Assembly: GCA_021733795.1 (NCBI GenBank)
Contig: JAIPKB010000004.1
Coordinates: 1,516 to 65,515 of the forward strand
DNA length: 64,000 nt
Direction of reading: 5' to 3'
DNA from: Akkermansiaceae bacterium
GTDB lineage: Bacteria; Verrucomicrobiota; Verrucomicrobiia; Verrucomicrobiales; Akkermansiaceae
A program made the position numbers and the translations under genes. The stretch's first letter is position 1, and the number at the start of each line of letters is the position of its first letter. A model generated the notes under the pieces. It did no database searches, had not been told where the DNA came from, and was given only the letters and a program-made list of their open reading frames with translations. Of this stretch, positions 10,398-20,600 are shown in pieces.

Positions 10398-10458
10398 ATT
10401 TTTTTCCTCGAATCGGGATTGATTTCCCCAGCGCATCGTCCACCTTGTTGGTGCGCTT

Positions 10459-13212
10459 ATGAAATTCCCCGGTGCTGAAATCCTCGCCTGCCTGGCCATT
10501 CTTGCCGTCGCCGCCACCGGCGCGAGCGACGCGCCCTCCCCGCTCCCGCCGCCGCCGGAGCCACCCGCCGTGGTTTCCCCGGACACCATTCCCGAACTGA
10601 TCACCGACCTGGCCAACGAGCGCTACACCACCCGCGAGGCGGCTTCCAACCAGCTCTGGCAACTCGGAGAGCCCGCCATCCCGGCACTCAAGGAAGCCGC
10701 CGCCGGCGATGACCCGGAGGTCGCCTACCGCGCCAGGGACATTCTCCGCAAGCTCGACCTATTCATCCTCCCCGGCACCGACCCGGCGGTGATCGCACTC
10801 GTCGAACGCTACCAAAAGGCCTCCACCTCCCAGAAATCCGCACTCATCGACCAACTCCAGAAGAAGCGGGCCTACCGCCAGATCCTCAAGCTCTACGCTG
10901 CGGAAACCGATCCGAAAATCCGCGCCTCCCGCAAACAGAGTGTCGCCACCATGGCGGTTTCCGCCGCCCGCGAAGCACTGCTGGCCGATGACCCCACCGA
11001 GGCCCGCTCCCTGCTCGAACTCGCTCCGGCCAGCGATGCCACCCTCGTCACCCTCGCCGCCTTCCACCGCGCGCAAGGGACCCTCGAGACCGAACTCAAA
11101 CTCGCCCGGTCCTCCAAGGCTCCCGGAGCGAATGCATGGCAATTGGCCCTGCTCCGCGTGATCGGCGAACACCAGCAGGCCATGGCCATGGCCATCGACT
11201 CCGGCAAGCCCGGCATTGGCGCCGCGATGGCCGTGCTCATGGGCGACCCCCTGCCCTGGCTCCAGTTCGGCTCGGCCCAAGACAACTCCAGCCTCGATCT
11301 TTACACCTCGCTCGCCATCAAGCGCTGGAATGGACGCACCCTCGGGAAGCCGGACTTCACCGCCATCACCAACCGCTTCAACTCCCGCAATTCCTCCAGC
11401 CGCCAACTGGCCTTTGGCGCGGCCTATTTATTGGGAGAACCCGCCATCGCCGAGCCCGCATTGGCGAAACTCGATCCCTTCATCGCGTTTTCCAACTACG
11501 ATTCCGAGGAGCGGGTCGGGGAGGCCCTCAAAACCATCGGCATCGATCCGGAAAAGCCGGACTACACCGGCTGGGCCGCCACCCGGTTCAAGCAACTCAT
11601 GAAAGATGCCGATGAGGCCGGAGATGCCATCTCCGAACTCGCCGCTCTCGCCGCATTCATGCAAAACCGCGGCCTCGACTCCGCAATGGCCGACGCCTTC
11701 GACCAACCGCTCGCGAAACTTGCCGACCAGCAGATCGACGCCTTCACCGAACTGGCCGGAGCCATGTGTGGCAGGGGGATCTCCCGCGGCCACGCCACCG
11801 GTCCACTCCTGCGGATGGCCCCGGCCTGGGCGGGCGACGACGATGCCCGCTGGGGAAACATCCTCGTCGGCATCTTCGGGGACAACGACGACATCCTGCC
11901 TTGCTGGTCGTTTCTCGCCGAGGTCAATCCACAAGCCGACCGCAAGGCGCGCTTTACCGCTCTGCTCGCCCTCTCCGGCTACGGCCCGGACCCGGATGAC
12001 CTCAGATCCCGGTGGCTGGCAGACATCTGGAAATTCATCGCCAATGCCAACCCCGCCAAGCTCGCCACCCTGCTCAAGTACGTTTCCTACCTCACCGGCC
12101 CCATCCCGGATATCGAAACCAAACTGAAAATCATCGCCCTGCACGCCAAACTGAAAAAACCGGAAAAAGATGCCGATGCCCACGCAGCCGCCGGAGATCC
12201 CGACGCAGAGCCCCCGCTCGACGATGACGAGGGCATCATCCAGCAGGATTCATTCGACTCCGCCTCCGCCATGGAACTGCTCTACCTCGCCACCGCCGAT
12301 CATTGGCAGGATGCCGCCGACCTGGCCCTCAGGTTTCTAACATTCAACAACGGCCGCAATCAAACCCGCGCCGATCTGCACGCCTATGCCGCCGCCTGCC
12401 TCCGCCGCGCCGGCCAAAACGAACAGGCCGCCACCCACGACGCCTTGGTCGAAAACCTCGCGCTTGGCGACGCCTCACTCTACCTCCGGATCGCGTCGGG
12501 CTATGCCTTCGGTGATGATTACGAGCGAGCCCTCCTCTGGCGCCACCGCGCCGCCTGTGAGGTCGATCCGGAATCCAACGCCTTCGCCAGTGTGTTGGAC
12601 ACCTTCGCCACCGATCAACTCAACGCCGGCCGCTGGGCCCAGGCAGCGGCCGCCTCGGAGGTCCTCGCCCAGGTTTACAGCCGGTCACCCTACGGCGGCG
12701 GCATCCAACTGCTTTTCCTGCGGCTCCGGCAACAAGCCGACCTCGCCCGCGCCCTGCAACTGCTCCCAACCGAGCGCGACCGGGCGATCTCCCTGCTCGC
12801 CCGCTGCCATGCGCTGGCACCCTGCGACGGCTCCCTCGCCGACCATTTTTTCCCGGCCATCCGTGCCGCCGGGCTCATCAAGGAGCACGACCAGTGGTTC
12901 GCTCTCTCCTGGGATAATATCCAGCAGATCATCAAGCGCTACCCGGGCTGCCATAACAGCCGCAACACCGCCGCCTGGCTGGCGGCCCGCGCCAACCGTC
13001 AGCTCGACACCGCCGAGGCCCAGCTCAAGCAAAGCCTCGCCGCCTTCCCCCGGCAGGCGGCGTTTCTCGATACCATGGCGGAAATCCAATTTGCCCGCGG
13101 CCACCGCGAACAGGCCCTCGAATGGTCGAAAAAATCGATCAACGCGCTGCCTACCGACTCCGCCATCCGCCGCCAATACCACCGTTTCCTCAACGATCCG
13201 CTGCCCAAATAA
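10459..13212 (+). CDS. Secreted HEAT/TPR-repeat alpha-solenoid protein
   Basis: Signal peptide, HEAT-like LITDLANERYTTREAASNQL...DDPEV, C-terminal TPR (FLDTMAEIQFARGHREQALEW). Confidence 0.7.
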   Translation: MKFPGAEILACLAILAVAATGASDAPSPLPPPPEPPAVVSPDTIPELITDLANERYTTREAASNQLWQLGEPAIPALKEAAAGDDPEVAYRARDILRKLDLFILPGTDPAVIALVERYQKASTSQKSALIDQLQKKRAYRQILKLYAAETDPKIRASRKQSVATMAVSAAREALLADDPTEARSLLELAPASDATLVTLAAFHRAQGTLETELKLARSSKAPGANAWQLALLRVIGEHQQAMAMAIDSGKPGIGAAMAVLMGDPLPWLQFGSAQDNSSLDLYTSLAIKRWNGRTLGKPDFTAITNRFNSRNSSSRQLAFGAAYLLGEPAIAEPALAKLDPFIAFSNYDSEERVGEALKTIGIDPEKPDYTGWAATRFKQLMKDADEAGDAISELAALAAFMQNRGLDSAMADAFDQPLAKLADQQIDAFTELAGAMCGRGISRGHATGPLLRMAPAWAGDDDARWGNILVGIFGDNDDILPCWSFLAEVNPQADRKARFTALLALSGYGPDPDDLRSRWLADIWKFIANANPAKLATLLKYVSYLTGPIPDIETKLKIIALHAKLKKPEKDADAHAAAGDPDAEPPLDDDEGIIQQDSFDSASAMELLYLATADHWQDAADLALRFLTFNNGRNQTRADLHAYAAACLRRAGQNEQAATHDALVENLALGDASLYLRIASGYAFGDDYERALLWRHRAACEVDPESNAFASVLDTFATDQLNAGRWAQAAAASEVLAQVYSRSPYGGGIQLLFLRLRQQADLARALQLLPTERDRAISLLARCHALAPCDGSLADHFFPAIRAAGLIKEHDQWFALSWDNIQQIIKRYPGCHNSRNTAAWLAARANRQLDTAEAQLKQSLAAFPRQAAFLDTMAEIQFARGHREQALEWSKKSINALPTDSAIRRQYHRFLNDPLPK

Positions 13213-13254
13213 CCTGCCCTTGTTGAAACGCCTCAGATCCGCCCCGCCGCCGGT

Positions 13255-14373
13255 TCACCACTCGGTTCCAAGCTTGTGGCGGGCGGCAAGCTCCAGCAGG
13301 TCGGGCCGCATCGGCCACTCGTCCGGGCGCAGGTGCTCGCGGTGGCGCTGGCTGGCCCCCTTGAGCATCATGCAACCGGCGTTGTCACCTATTTGCCGGA
13401 TCTCTTCGACCTCCCCGGCGGTGAACCGGACGGCCGTTGGCAGCTTGGCAAAAGCGCGGATCTTGTCCTCGATCAGGCGGGCTCCCTCGGCGACCTCCTG
13501 CATGAACGTCGGCACCAGGCTGGCGACCGCCGGATGGCTGAGATTCCAGATGGAGGCGAACTCCAGCAAGGAAAGCCCGTATTTTTCGGCGATCGGCCGC
13601 ATCCGTTCGATTTTCTGCAAGCCGTGTTCCACCCACCCCTGCGGTCGGAACGCCCGGTGATCACCGGGCTTGAAAACGTGCCCTTCGGCGAGATCCCCAT
13701 GGAACAAGCCGCCGTAATCCAGCACCCGGGTCAACACCTTCACCCCATGCTTTTCGCAGGCGTCGAGCGACAGACTCACCGGCCAGGGTTCCAGCGGATT
13801 GAGAATCAGCATCGCCCAGTCGATCAGTTCGCCGTAGCGCTCGCAGCAGTCGATCACATCAAGGGTGAAACCATTGGCCGGGCCCGGTGCCAACCCGAGG
13901 CGGGTGGCCATCCCGGCGGACTTGAGGTCCCCCAGCGCCTGCCACACGGTCTCACTGGTGAAACCCGTCTCATCGGGATTGTGCAGCATCAGCAGGTCGA
14001 ACCGATCCGTGCCGCAGCGCTCCAGCGAGCGGGCGGTGGCGGTTTGAACGTAATCGGCGTAGCGCTCCGGCCCGCGGAGGTCGGGGCTGGTGAACCGCGG
14101 ATAACCCTGGCTTCCCTGCCGCTGGCCATCGTAGAAATCGTGGCCGATCATGCCGACCAGGCAATAACTTTCGCGGTCCACGCCCTTGAGCGCCTGCCCT
14201 AACAATTCGTCCGCCTTGCCGTTGCCATAGACATCGGCCGTCACGAAGGTGCGGATGCCAGCCTCGTAGGCGGTGGTGATGCAGGCCATGAAACGATCCT
14301 CCGGGAGAGTGTCGCCGAAGTGCATGAAGCGTCCGCCGCTCCAAGTGCCGTATGCTGTGGTGGTAAGGTCCAT
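13255..14373 (-). CDS. Aldo/keto reductase
   Basis: YGTW, TADVYGNG, SLERCGTDRFDLLMLHNP motifs. Confidence 0.85.
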   Translation of the reverse strand: MDLTTTAYGTWSGGRFMHFGDTLPEDRFMACITTAYEAGIRTFVTADVYGNGKADELLGQALKGVDRESYCLVGMIGHDFYDGQRQGSQGYPRFTSPDLRGPERYADYVQTATARSLERCGTDRFDLLMLHNPDETGFTSETVWQALGDLKSAGMATRLGLAPGPANGFTLDVIDCCERYGELIDWAMLILNPLEPWPVSLSLDACEKHGVKVLTRVLDYGGLFHGDLAEGHVFKPGDHRAFRPQGWVEHGLQKIERMRPIAEKYGLSLLEFASIWNLSHPAVASLVPTFMQEVAEGARLIEDKIRAFAKLPTAVRFTAGEVEEIRQIGDNAGCMMLKGASQRHREHLRPDEWPMRPDLLELAARHKLGTEW

Positions 14374-14534
14374 GATGGTAGGATGGTGGTGATAAAATCC
14401 GCGGTGCTGCCGCGCCCGGGATGTAACGCCGCCAATTCAGTCCCGGTCAAGGAATTGATAAAAATTGCGGCGTTTCAGTGCCAACTGGCGGCAACGGCAA
14501 TTCCCCGCTTCAAGGCATGCGCGTCAGTTTAGGG

Positions 14535-14830
14535 AGGATAGCCGTCCCGGCGGTCAGGTAGCGCGACCGTCCCGGCTGCGGTGGCGGGTTTGGGTAGGGT
14601 TCACGGGGAAGCACAGCGGTCGCAGACCAGGCTGGAAGCCCAATACTGTTCAATTAGGCGCAAAGGACAGATGAATAAAACCACGGATGACACGGATATC
14701 CACGGATAACAAAGAAAAGCGCGGAGCACTATCCGTCCCAAGCCGTGTCATCCGTGGTCAACAATTCCTAAGTGGCCGGTATTGGGCTGGAAGCCCGTTC
14801 TCCAACACAGCCGGGACGGCTGTGCTCCGT
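14535..14830. repeat. Cluster of REP-like palindromes including a 16-bp perfect inverted repeat
   Basis: ACCACGGATGACACGG (14680-14695) / CCGTGTCATCCGTGGT (14743-14758); GGCTGGAAGCCC twice; CACAGCCGGGACGGCTGTG hairpin. Confidence 0.7.
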
Positions 14831-14879
14831 TGGCGCGCCAACTTGACACGCATAGCTTCAAGGAGCGGCTCCGCCTTCC

Positions 14880-15107
14880 TCACCGGCGGGCTTTGCCGGT
14901 GAGTGCGCCGCAGGCCGGGCACTTGACCACGCGGTCGCGGGACGAGTCCTCGAACGCGTGCAGGCAGAGCCGGCAGATCACCCGGCGCAGCAGCCCGCGC
15001 CGCTCCACCCGGCCGTGCAGGTAGCGCGAGAGCAAGGCGCAAGCCATGACCAGCCCAGCGCTTCCGATCAATACCCACATTACGAATTCAGTGATCGTCA
15101 GTTCCAT
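14880..15107 (-). CDS. Small membrane protein with a zinc ribbon
   Basis: 75 aa; one TM helix then CRLC...CPAC; overlaps the end of the upstream gene. Confidence 0.65.
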   Translation of the reverse strand: MELTITEFVMWVLIGSAGLVMACALLSRYLHGRVERRGLLRRVICRLCLHAFEDSSRDRVVKCPACGALTGKARR

Positions 15108-15876
15108 TTTCCGTTTGGTTGGTAAACCGCACCCCCACCGCAAACCAGCCGCCATCCACGGCCAATTGCGGGTCGAACCGGATCTTCCTCAGCCATGCCT
15201 CCAGCAACCCGGCTCCATCCGCGTTTTGCGTCAGCGCCAGGCATCCATCCACCCCGCCAGCGGGATCCAGGCGCAACAGGAACCGCCACTCCACCTCCGC
15301 CATCTTCGGGTCGATCCGATCGGCAAGCTCAGGCAGGGCTTCAGGCATGGCCGCCCCACCGAGCGGAGAAAGCGGTTCCAGCGCCGGCACCAACCGCCAT
15401 GCCCGCGGAGCGGGCGGTGCCACCGCCGCCGCCGCCCTCGCAGGGAGCACCGGCACCCCTTTGGCGGCGAGATCCACCGTCTGATTGGGTGCCGCTGCGG
15501 GCAGTTCACGGAGCTTCGCCTCCCTAGCTGGCAGCGGAACGCTGGTGGCCTCCGTCACCTGCCGTTCCAACTCGACAAAACCGCTCCACGCCCCCGGTTC
15601 GTAGCGTGACAGCTCCGGTCCCGATTCCCTGGCGCGAATCGCCCATGCCAGGCCGTCACCGTCGCTTGGCAGGTAAACCAAGGAGCCGGTCCGCTCCATC
15701 TCGAACTGCGGACTCCCCACCTTCACCCGCAGCACCCCTAACAGACACATCAACCCCAGCACCGCCAGCCCCACCGGCAGCAACATCGGCCTCAGCCGCG
15801 AGGTCCGCCGCCACCACGGGAAAACCCACTGGAATCCGTCGCCATCCCTCCGTGGTTTCTGGTATCCCCGCCTCAT
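15088..15876 (-). CDS. Divergent TonB-like energy transducer (putative)
   Basis: N-terminal TM, Pro/Ala-rich linker, C-terminal FLLRLDPAGGV...WLRKIRF...VGVRF pattern; 4-bp overlap with exbD. Confidence 0.5.
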   Translation of the reverse strand: MRRGYQKPRRDGDGFQWVFPWWRRTSRLRPMLLPVGLAVLGLMCLLGVLRVKVGSPQFEMERTGSLVYLPSDGDGLAWAIRARESGPELSRYEPGAWSGFVELERQVTEATSVPLPAREAKLRELPAAAPNQTVDLAAKGVPVLPARAAAAVAPPAPRAWRLVPALEPLSPLGGAAMPEALPELADRIDPKMAEVEWRFLLRLDPAGGVDGCLALTQNADGAGLLEAWLRKIRFDPQLAVDGGWFAVGVRFTNQTENGTDDH

Positions 15877-16340
15877 GGCTCGTCTCCGGGTTCGGGATCT
15901 TCCTCCCCGCCCACCGCCCGCAGGTTGTTATCCCCCCGTCCCACCAAGGCCAGCCGGAAGCCCTTGCCGATGATCATCTCCGCCACCTTCCGCTCGGCAC
16001 GCACCGGGATGTCCGCCGCAGTCTGCAGCAACACCACCGCCTTGGCGGCGCTGCCATCCACCCGTTTGCTGTCGAGAATCGCCTCAAGCTCCTCAAAGGT
16101 CACCGGACGTCGGCCAAAATGAATATTGCCCTCCGTCTGCCCGGCTCCGAGGGTGATCACCAGGGTATCCTGAAACCGCTCCATTTGAAACTTCGATGGC
16201 GGCGGTTCCACCGTCACCCCCGATTGCAGGATCAGCGATGGAGCCACCATGAAAAACAGCACGATCATCAGGAACAGGTCCAGCACCGGTATCGCGTGCA
16301 GAAACCCGGGCCGCTCCGGCAAGGTGGTGGTCAAGGTCAT
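15873..16340 (-). CDS. exbD: Biopolymer transporter ExbD/TolR
   Basis: IPVLDLFLMIVLFFMV TM with the conserved Asp; overlaps exbB. Confidence 0.8.
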   Translation of the reverse strand: MTLTTTLPERPGFLHAIPVLDLFLMIVLFFMVAPSLILQSGVTVEPPPSKFQMERFQDTLVITLGAGQTEGNIHFGRRPVTFEELEAILDSKRVDGSAAKAVVLLQTAADIPVRAERKVAEMIIGKGFRLALVGRGDNNLRAVGGEEDPEPGDEP

Positions 16341-17047
16341 TTCCCGGCGTCCGGTTTGGGTTTCGGAGGCTTCCGCCCGGCACTCACCTCACCCCGGAAC
16401 GGCGAGAATTCCTCTTCCTCACGGGCATCCGCCAGCAAGTTCACCATCTCGATCCCCGCCCGCTCGATCCGGTGTACCAGACGCTTGGCCCGGCCAAGAA
16501 AATACAGATAAAACACATACATCGGCACCGCCACCGTCAGCCCCACCACCGAGGTGATCAGCGCGGTAAACACCCCCTCTGTCAGCTCCGCCGGCACCGA
16601 AAACCCGCCGCGTTCGCTCACATTCTGGAACACCTCCACCATCTCCACCATCGTCCCCAGCATCCCCACCAACGGGCACAGCAACGCCACCCCCAAGATC
16701 GCCCGCACGTTTTTCTCGATCCGCGGCACCTCCATCTGCCCGGCCTCCTGCACCACATCCCGCAGATCCCGCCGCGGCAGATAATACCGCAGCAACGCCG
16801 CATGGGCCACCCGCGCCACCGGCCCCGGTGCCCGCGCCGCCTCATGCAGGGCCTCGGCAAACGCCCGCCGCCGGATGTGATGGCCCAGCCCCACCAGCAA
16901 ATCCCCCACGTTGATCCGTGCCCGGTGAAAGAAAAACATACGTTCGATCACGCAGACCGCGCCCACAAAAGCCAAGCCCAGCAGCACCCACACCAAGGGT
17001 CCGCCCTGCTCGATCAAGCCCGAAGGTTCCAGCATTGCCAAATTCAT
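16337..17047 (-). CDS. exbB: MotA/TolQ/ExbB proton channel
   Basis: GGPLVW, CPLVGMLGT, ALITSVVGL...PM motifs. Start moved to ATG 17047. Confidence 0.85.
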   Translation of the reverse strand: MNLAMLEPSGLIEQGGPLVWVLLGLAFVGAVCVIERMFFFHRARINVGDLLVGLGHHIRRRAFAEALHEAARAPGPVARVAHAALLRYYLPRRDLRDVVQEAGQMEVPRIEKNVRAILGVALLCPLVGMLGTMVEMVEVFQNVSERGGFSVPAELTEGVFTALITSVVGLTVAVPMYVFYLYFLGRAKRLVHRIERAGIEMVNLLADAREEEEFSPFRGEVSAGRKPPKPKPDAGK

Positions 17048-17600
17048 CCGCACAGGACATACCCCCGACCCCAACTTTTGACCAGCACCAAAACACGCTG
17101 CGCCCCCCGGCCCGGCGGCAGGGCGATTGGCAGAGCCGGGCAAGTTGGATTCCTTTTCAAGGGGCGGATCCGGCCGCGGGCGCCCACTTATCCGCCGGAA
17201 CTTGTCCCGGCGTAGCCTGCGCGAAGCCGGAAGGCGGTGCGAATAGAAGGAGCTTGATAGGTGAAAAGCCAAGCGTGATGTCATTTGCTTCATCCTGAGG
17301 CCAGGCAATGTTGCCTTTGGCCTCTGTGATCCGACAAAATTCACGGAATGTGTGATTTTTCTTGGCAAACCCAACCAGAATGCCATTTTCCCCGGCTGAG
17401 AGGTTTTCGCCATGACTCTGACGCTCCCCCCATTCTTCGGCTTGCCCCCCGCCGGACCCACGCCTCGGACGGCTCCAGTGCTGCGGGTAATCTCTTTTTT
17501 CAGCAAGAAGAACCACACAAAGACTAAAACAACGCAGGCAAGTGAGCCGACATGAGTGCGCACTCGTTTGAGTTCAAGTGAAACCGTTAGCCATCATCCC

Positions 17601-20600
17601 ATGAAACCATCCCTCGCTTCCTCCGTCATCTCCATGCTCGCCGCCGCCTCCTTGTCGGGTGCGGAACCTCCCAAGGGACTGAGCGACTCCGACTGGTCCG
17701 GCATCCGGGCGGCCTATGAAGCCGGCAGGCACGTAGTGGTCGCGCAAGCGGACGGAACCTTCACGGCCCGCAACCCCGGGCAGCAGTGGAAAACCACCTT
17801 CGATGGGCGGGGATTCACGGTGAAACCCGATCTCGGCGGCTGGGAATGGGGGCTGGAGTTGGCGGGCTTCGGCGAGGGCGCGGAGGTCCGGCACGAGGGA
17901 GGGAGACTGTCCTACCTCCGGGGTGGTGGCCTCACCGAGTGGTTCGTCAACGACACGCGTGGCCTGGAGCAAGGCTGGACTCTTGAGAAACGTCCGAATC
18001 GCATGAATCCGGGCGAGCCCTTGCGGCTCCACCTCCGGGTCCGCGGAGACCTCGATCCGCAGGTTGCGGAAGGAGGTGCCAGCATTGGCTTCATCACCGA
18101 ATCGGGAGCCGCAGCCCTGACCTACGGTGGATTGAAAGCCTGGGACGCCGACGGAAAAACCATTGAAGTCCGCTTCGTCGATGGTGAACCGGACTCCTCC
18201 GGGTTCAAGGTGGAGGTGGATGACGGGGATGCAAGCTACCCGATCACCATCGATCCGCTCGCCCAACAGGCCTATCTGAAGGCCAGCAACACCGGGGCGG
18301 GCGATAATTTCGGCCAGTCGGTGGCCGTTTCGGGTGACACTGTAGTGGTTGGGGCCTACAGCGAGGACAGCAACGCCACCGGGATCGACGGCGACCAGAG
18401 CGACAACTCCGCAGGTGCTTCAGGAGCCGCCTACGTGTTTGTGCGAAGTGGATCGAGTTGGAGCCAGCAGGCCTATCTAAAGGCTTCCAATACGGGAGTG
18501 CTCGATTATTTCGGAATATCAGTGTCTATCTCGGGTGAGACGGTGGTGGTGGGAGCCTTTGGGGAGGCCAGCGCGGCCACCGGGAGCGACGGCGACCAGA
18601 ACGACAACTCGGCGTCTTTCGCTGGAGCTGCTTACGTGTTCGAGCGCAGTGGATCGAGCTGGACCCAGCAGGCCTATCTCAAGGCATCCAATACCGGGGC
18701 GGACGACCGGTTCGGATTCTCGGTGGCCGTCTCAGGCGACACAGTGGTCGTAGGAGCCCAACGAGAGGAGAGCGCGGCCACCGGTATCGATGGCGACCAA
18801 GGTGACAATTCGGCGTCCACTGCAGGCGCCGCCTACGTGTTCGTGCGCAGTGGATCGAGTTGGAGCCAGCAGGCCTATCTAAAGGCATCCAATGCGGAGG
18901 CAGGGGACCAGTTCGGATTTCCTGTGGCCATCTCAGGCGACACGGTGGTCGTGGGGGCCTATTGGGAGGACAGCGCTGCCACCGGCATCGATGGCGATCA
19001 AGGCGACAATTCAGCGCACACCTCGGGAGCCGCCTATGTATTCGCGCGAAGTGGATCGAGTTGGAGCCAGCAGGCCTATCTCAAGGCTTCCAATGCGGGA
19101 GTGGCCGACTATTTCGGAAGGTCAGTGTCGGTCTCGGGTGACACGGTGGTGGTGGGGGCCTATGGAGAGGACAGCGCGACCACCGGCATCGACGGTGACC
19201 AGAGCGACAACAGTGCAAGCAGTTCCGGCGCTGCCTACGTGTTCAGCCGCGGCGGAGGTCTCTGGACCCAGCAGGCTTATCTGAAGGCAAGCAACACCGG
19301 GACCGGTGACTGCTTTGGCGGCTCGGTGGCCGTGTCTGGCGACACTGTGGTGGTCGGGGCCCAATACGAGGACAGCAACGCCACCGGGGTCGATGGCAAC
19401 CAGAACGACAACTCGGCTTCTCACGCTGGAGCTGCTTACGTGTTCGAGCGCAGTGGTTCGAACTGGAGTCAGCAGGCCTATCTCAAGGCATCCAATACCG
19501 GGGCGGACGACCGGTTTGGATACTCAGTGTCCCTCTCAGGCGACACGGTGGTTGTGGGGGCCTATGGGGAGGACAGCTCGGTCACCGGTATCGATGGCGA
19601 TCAGGGTGATAACTCGGCAGGTGATTCAGGAGCCGCCTATGTGTTCGATTTAGGGGCTCCGGCCCAGCCTGAATTGACGGTCGAATCTCCACCCGGAACC
19701 GAGCTCCAGAACGGTGGCACCGGGCTCGATTTCGGAGGAGTTCCCGCAGGCGGATCCTCCGCACCGGTATCCGTCGCGATCCACAACACCGGGACTGCCG
19801 AGCTGACCGGGATCAGCCTCAGCGTGACAGGTCCTGACGCCACCGATTTCTCGCTTGAAGCAGCCGGGCTGCCTGCGGTTCTTCCTGTTGGCGGCAGCGC
19901 AAGCTTCACCGTGATCTACACGCCCGCTACGATGGGGACCTCCCGCGCCACCCTGCGGATCGCAAGCAACGACGCAGATGAGAATCCCTTCGACCTTGGA
20001 CTGACCGGCTTCAGACCGCCACCGAACGATCATTTTGGCAGCCGCACCAACCTGGGAACCACGGCCGGCGTCGTCACAGGTGGCACCCTGATCAGCACCA
20101 CTTCGGAGTCATCTTCCGGCGAACCGGACTTGTCCGAATTCGCCGGCATGGGTTGGATCGATGATCTCACCGTCTGGTATGAATGGACCGCCCCTGCGGG
20201 TGTCGAGTGGGCGAGGATCCACCTGGCGGGGCCGAACGTGCCCACGGTGCTCTCGGTCTACACCGGAAGCGACTTGGCCACGTTGAGCGGGGTCGCCCTC
20301 AACCGGCGGGAAATCGTTTCCCTGCCGAACCGGCTGACTTTCCCGGTCACCCCGGGCACCACCTACCAGATCCGGGCGGCGGTTGAGGGCTTCGATTTTC
20401 TTCCCTACCTCTACGGCTTCCCGCCACCCTCCGAACCGGCCGAGTTGGACTTCACCCTCGGGCTATCCACCATTGGAACACCGGTCACGGCGGCGGACTA
20501 CCTGATGCGCGGTCGTGGCGGGCTCCAGTTGGGGACCGGAGCGGCGATGGCGCAGGCCGAGGCGGACTTTTCCTCAGTGCTGGCGCTGGATCCGGATCAT

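Noticed and set aside
18265-19650. Regular ~200-bp repeats suggesting a CRISPR-like or DGR array
   Set aside because: They are in-frame 66-aa FG-GAP blades with synonymous-type divergence; there are no spacers, cas genes or reverse transcriptase.
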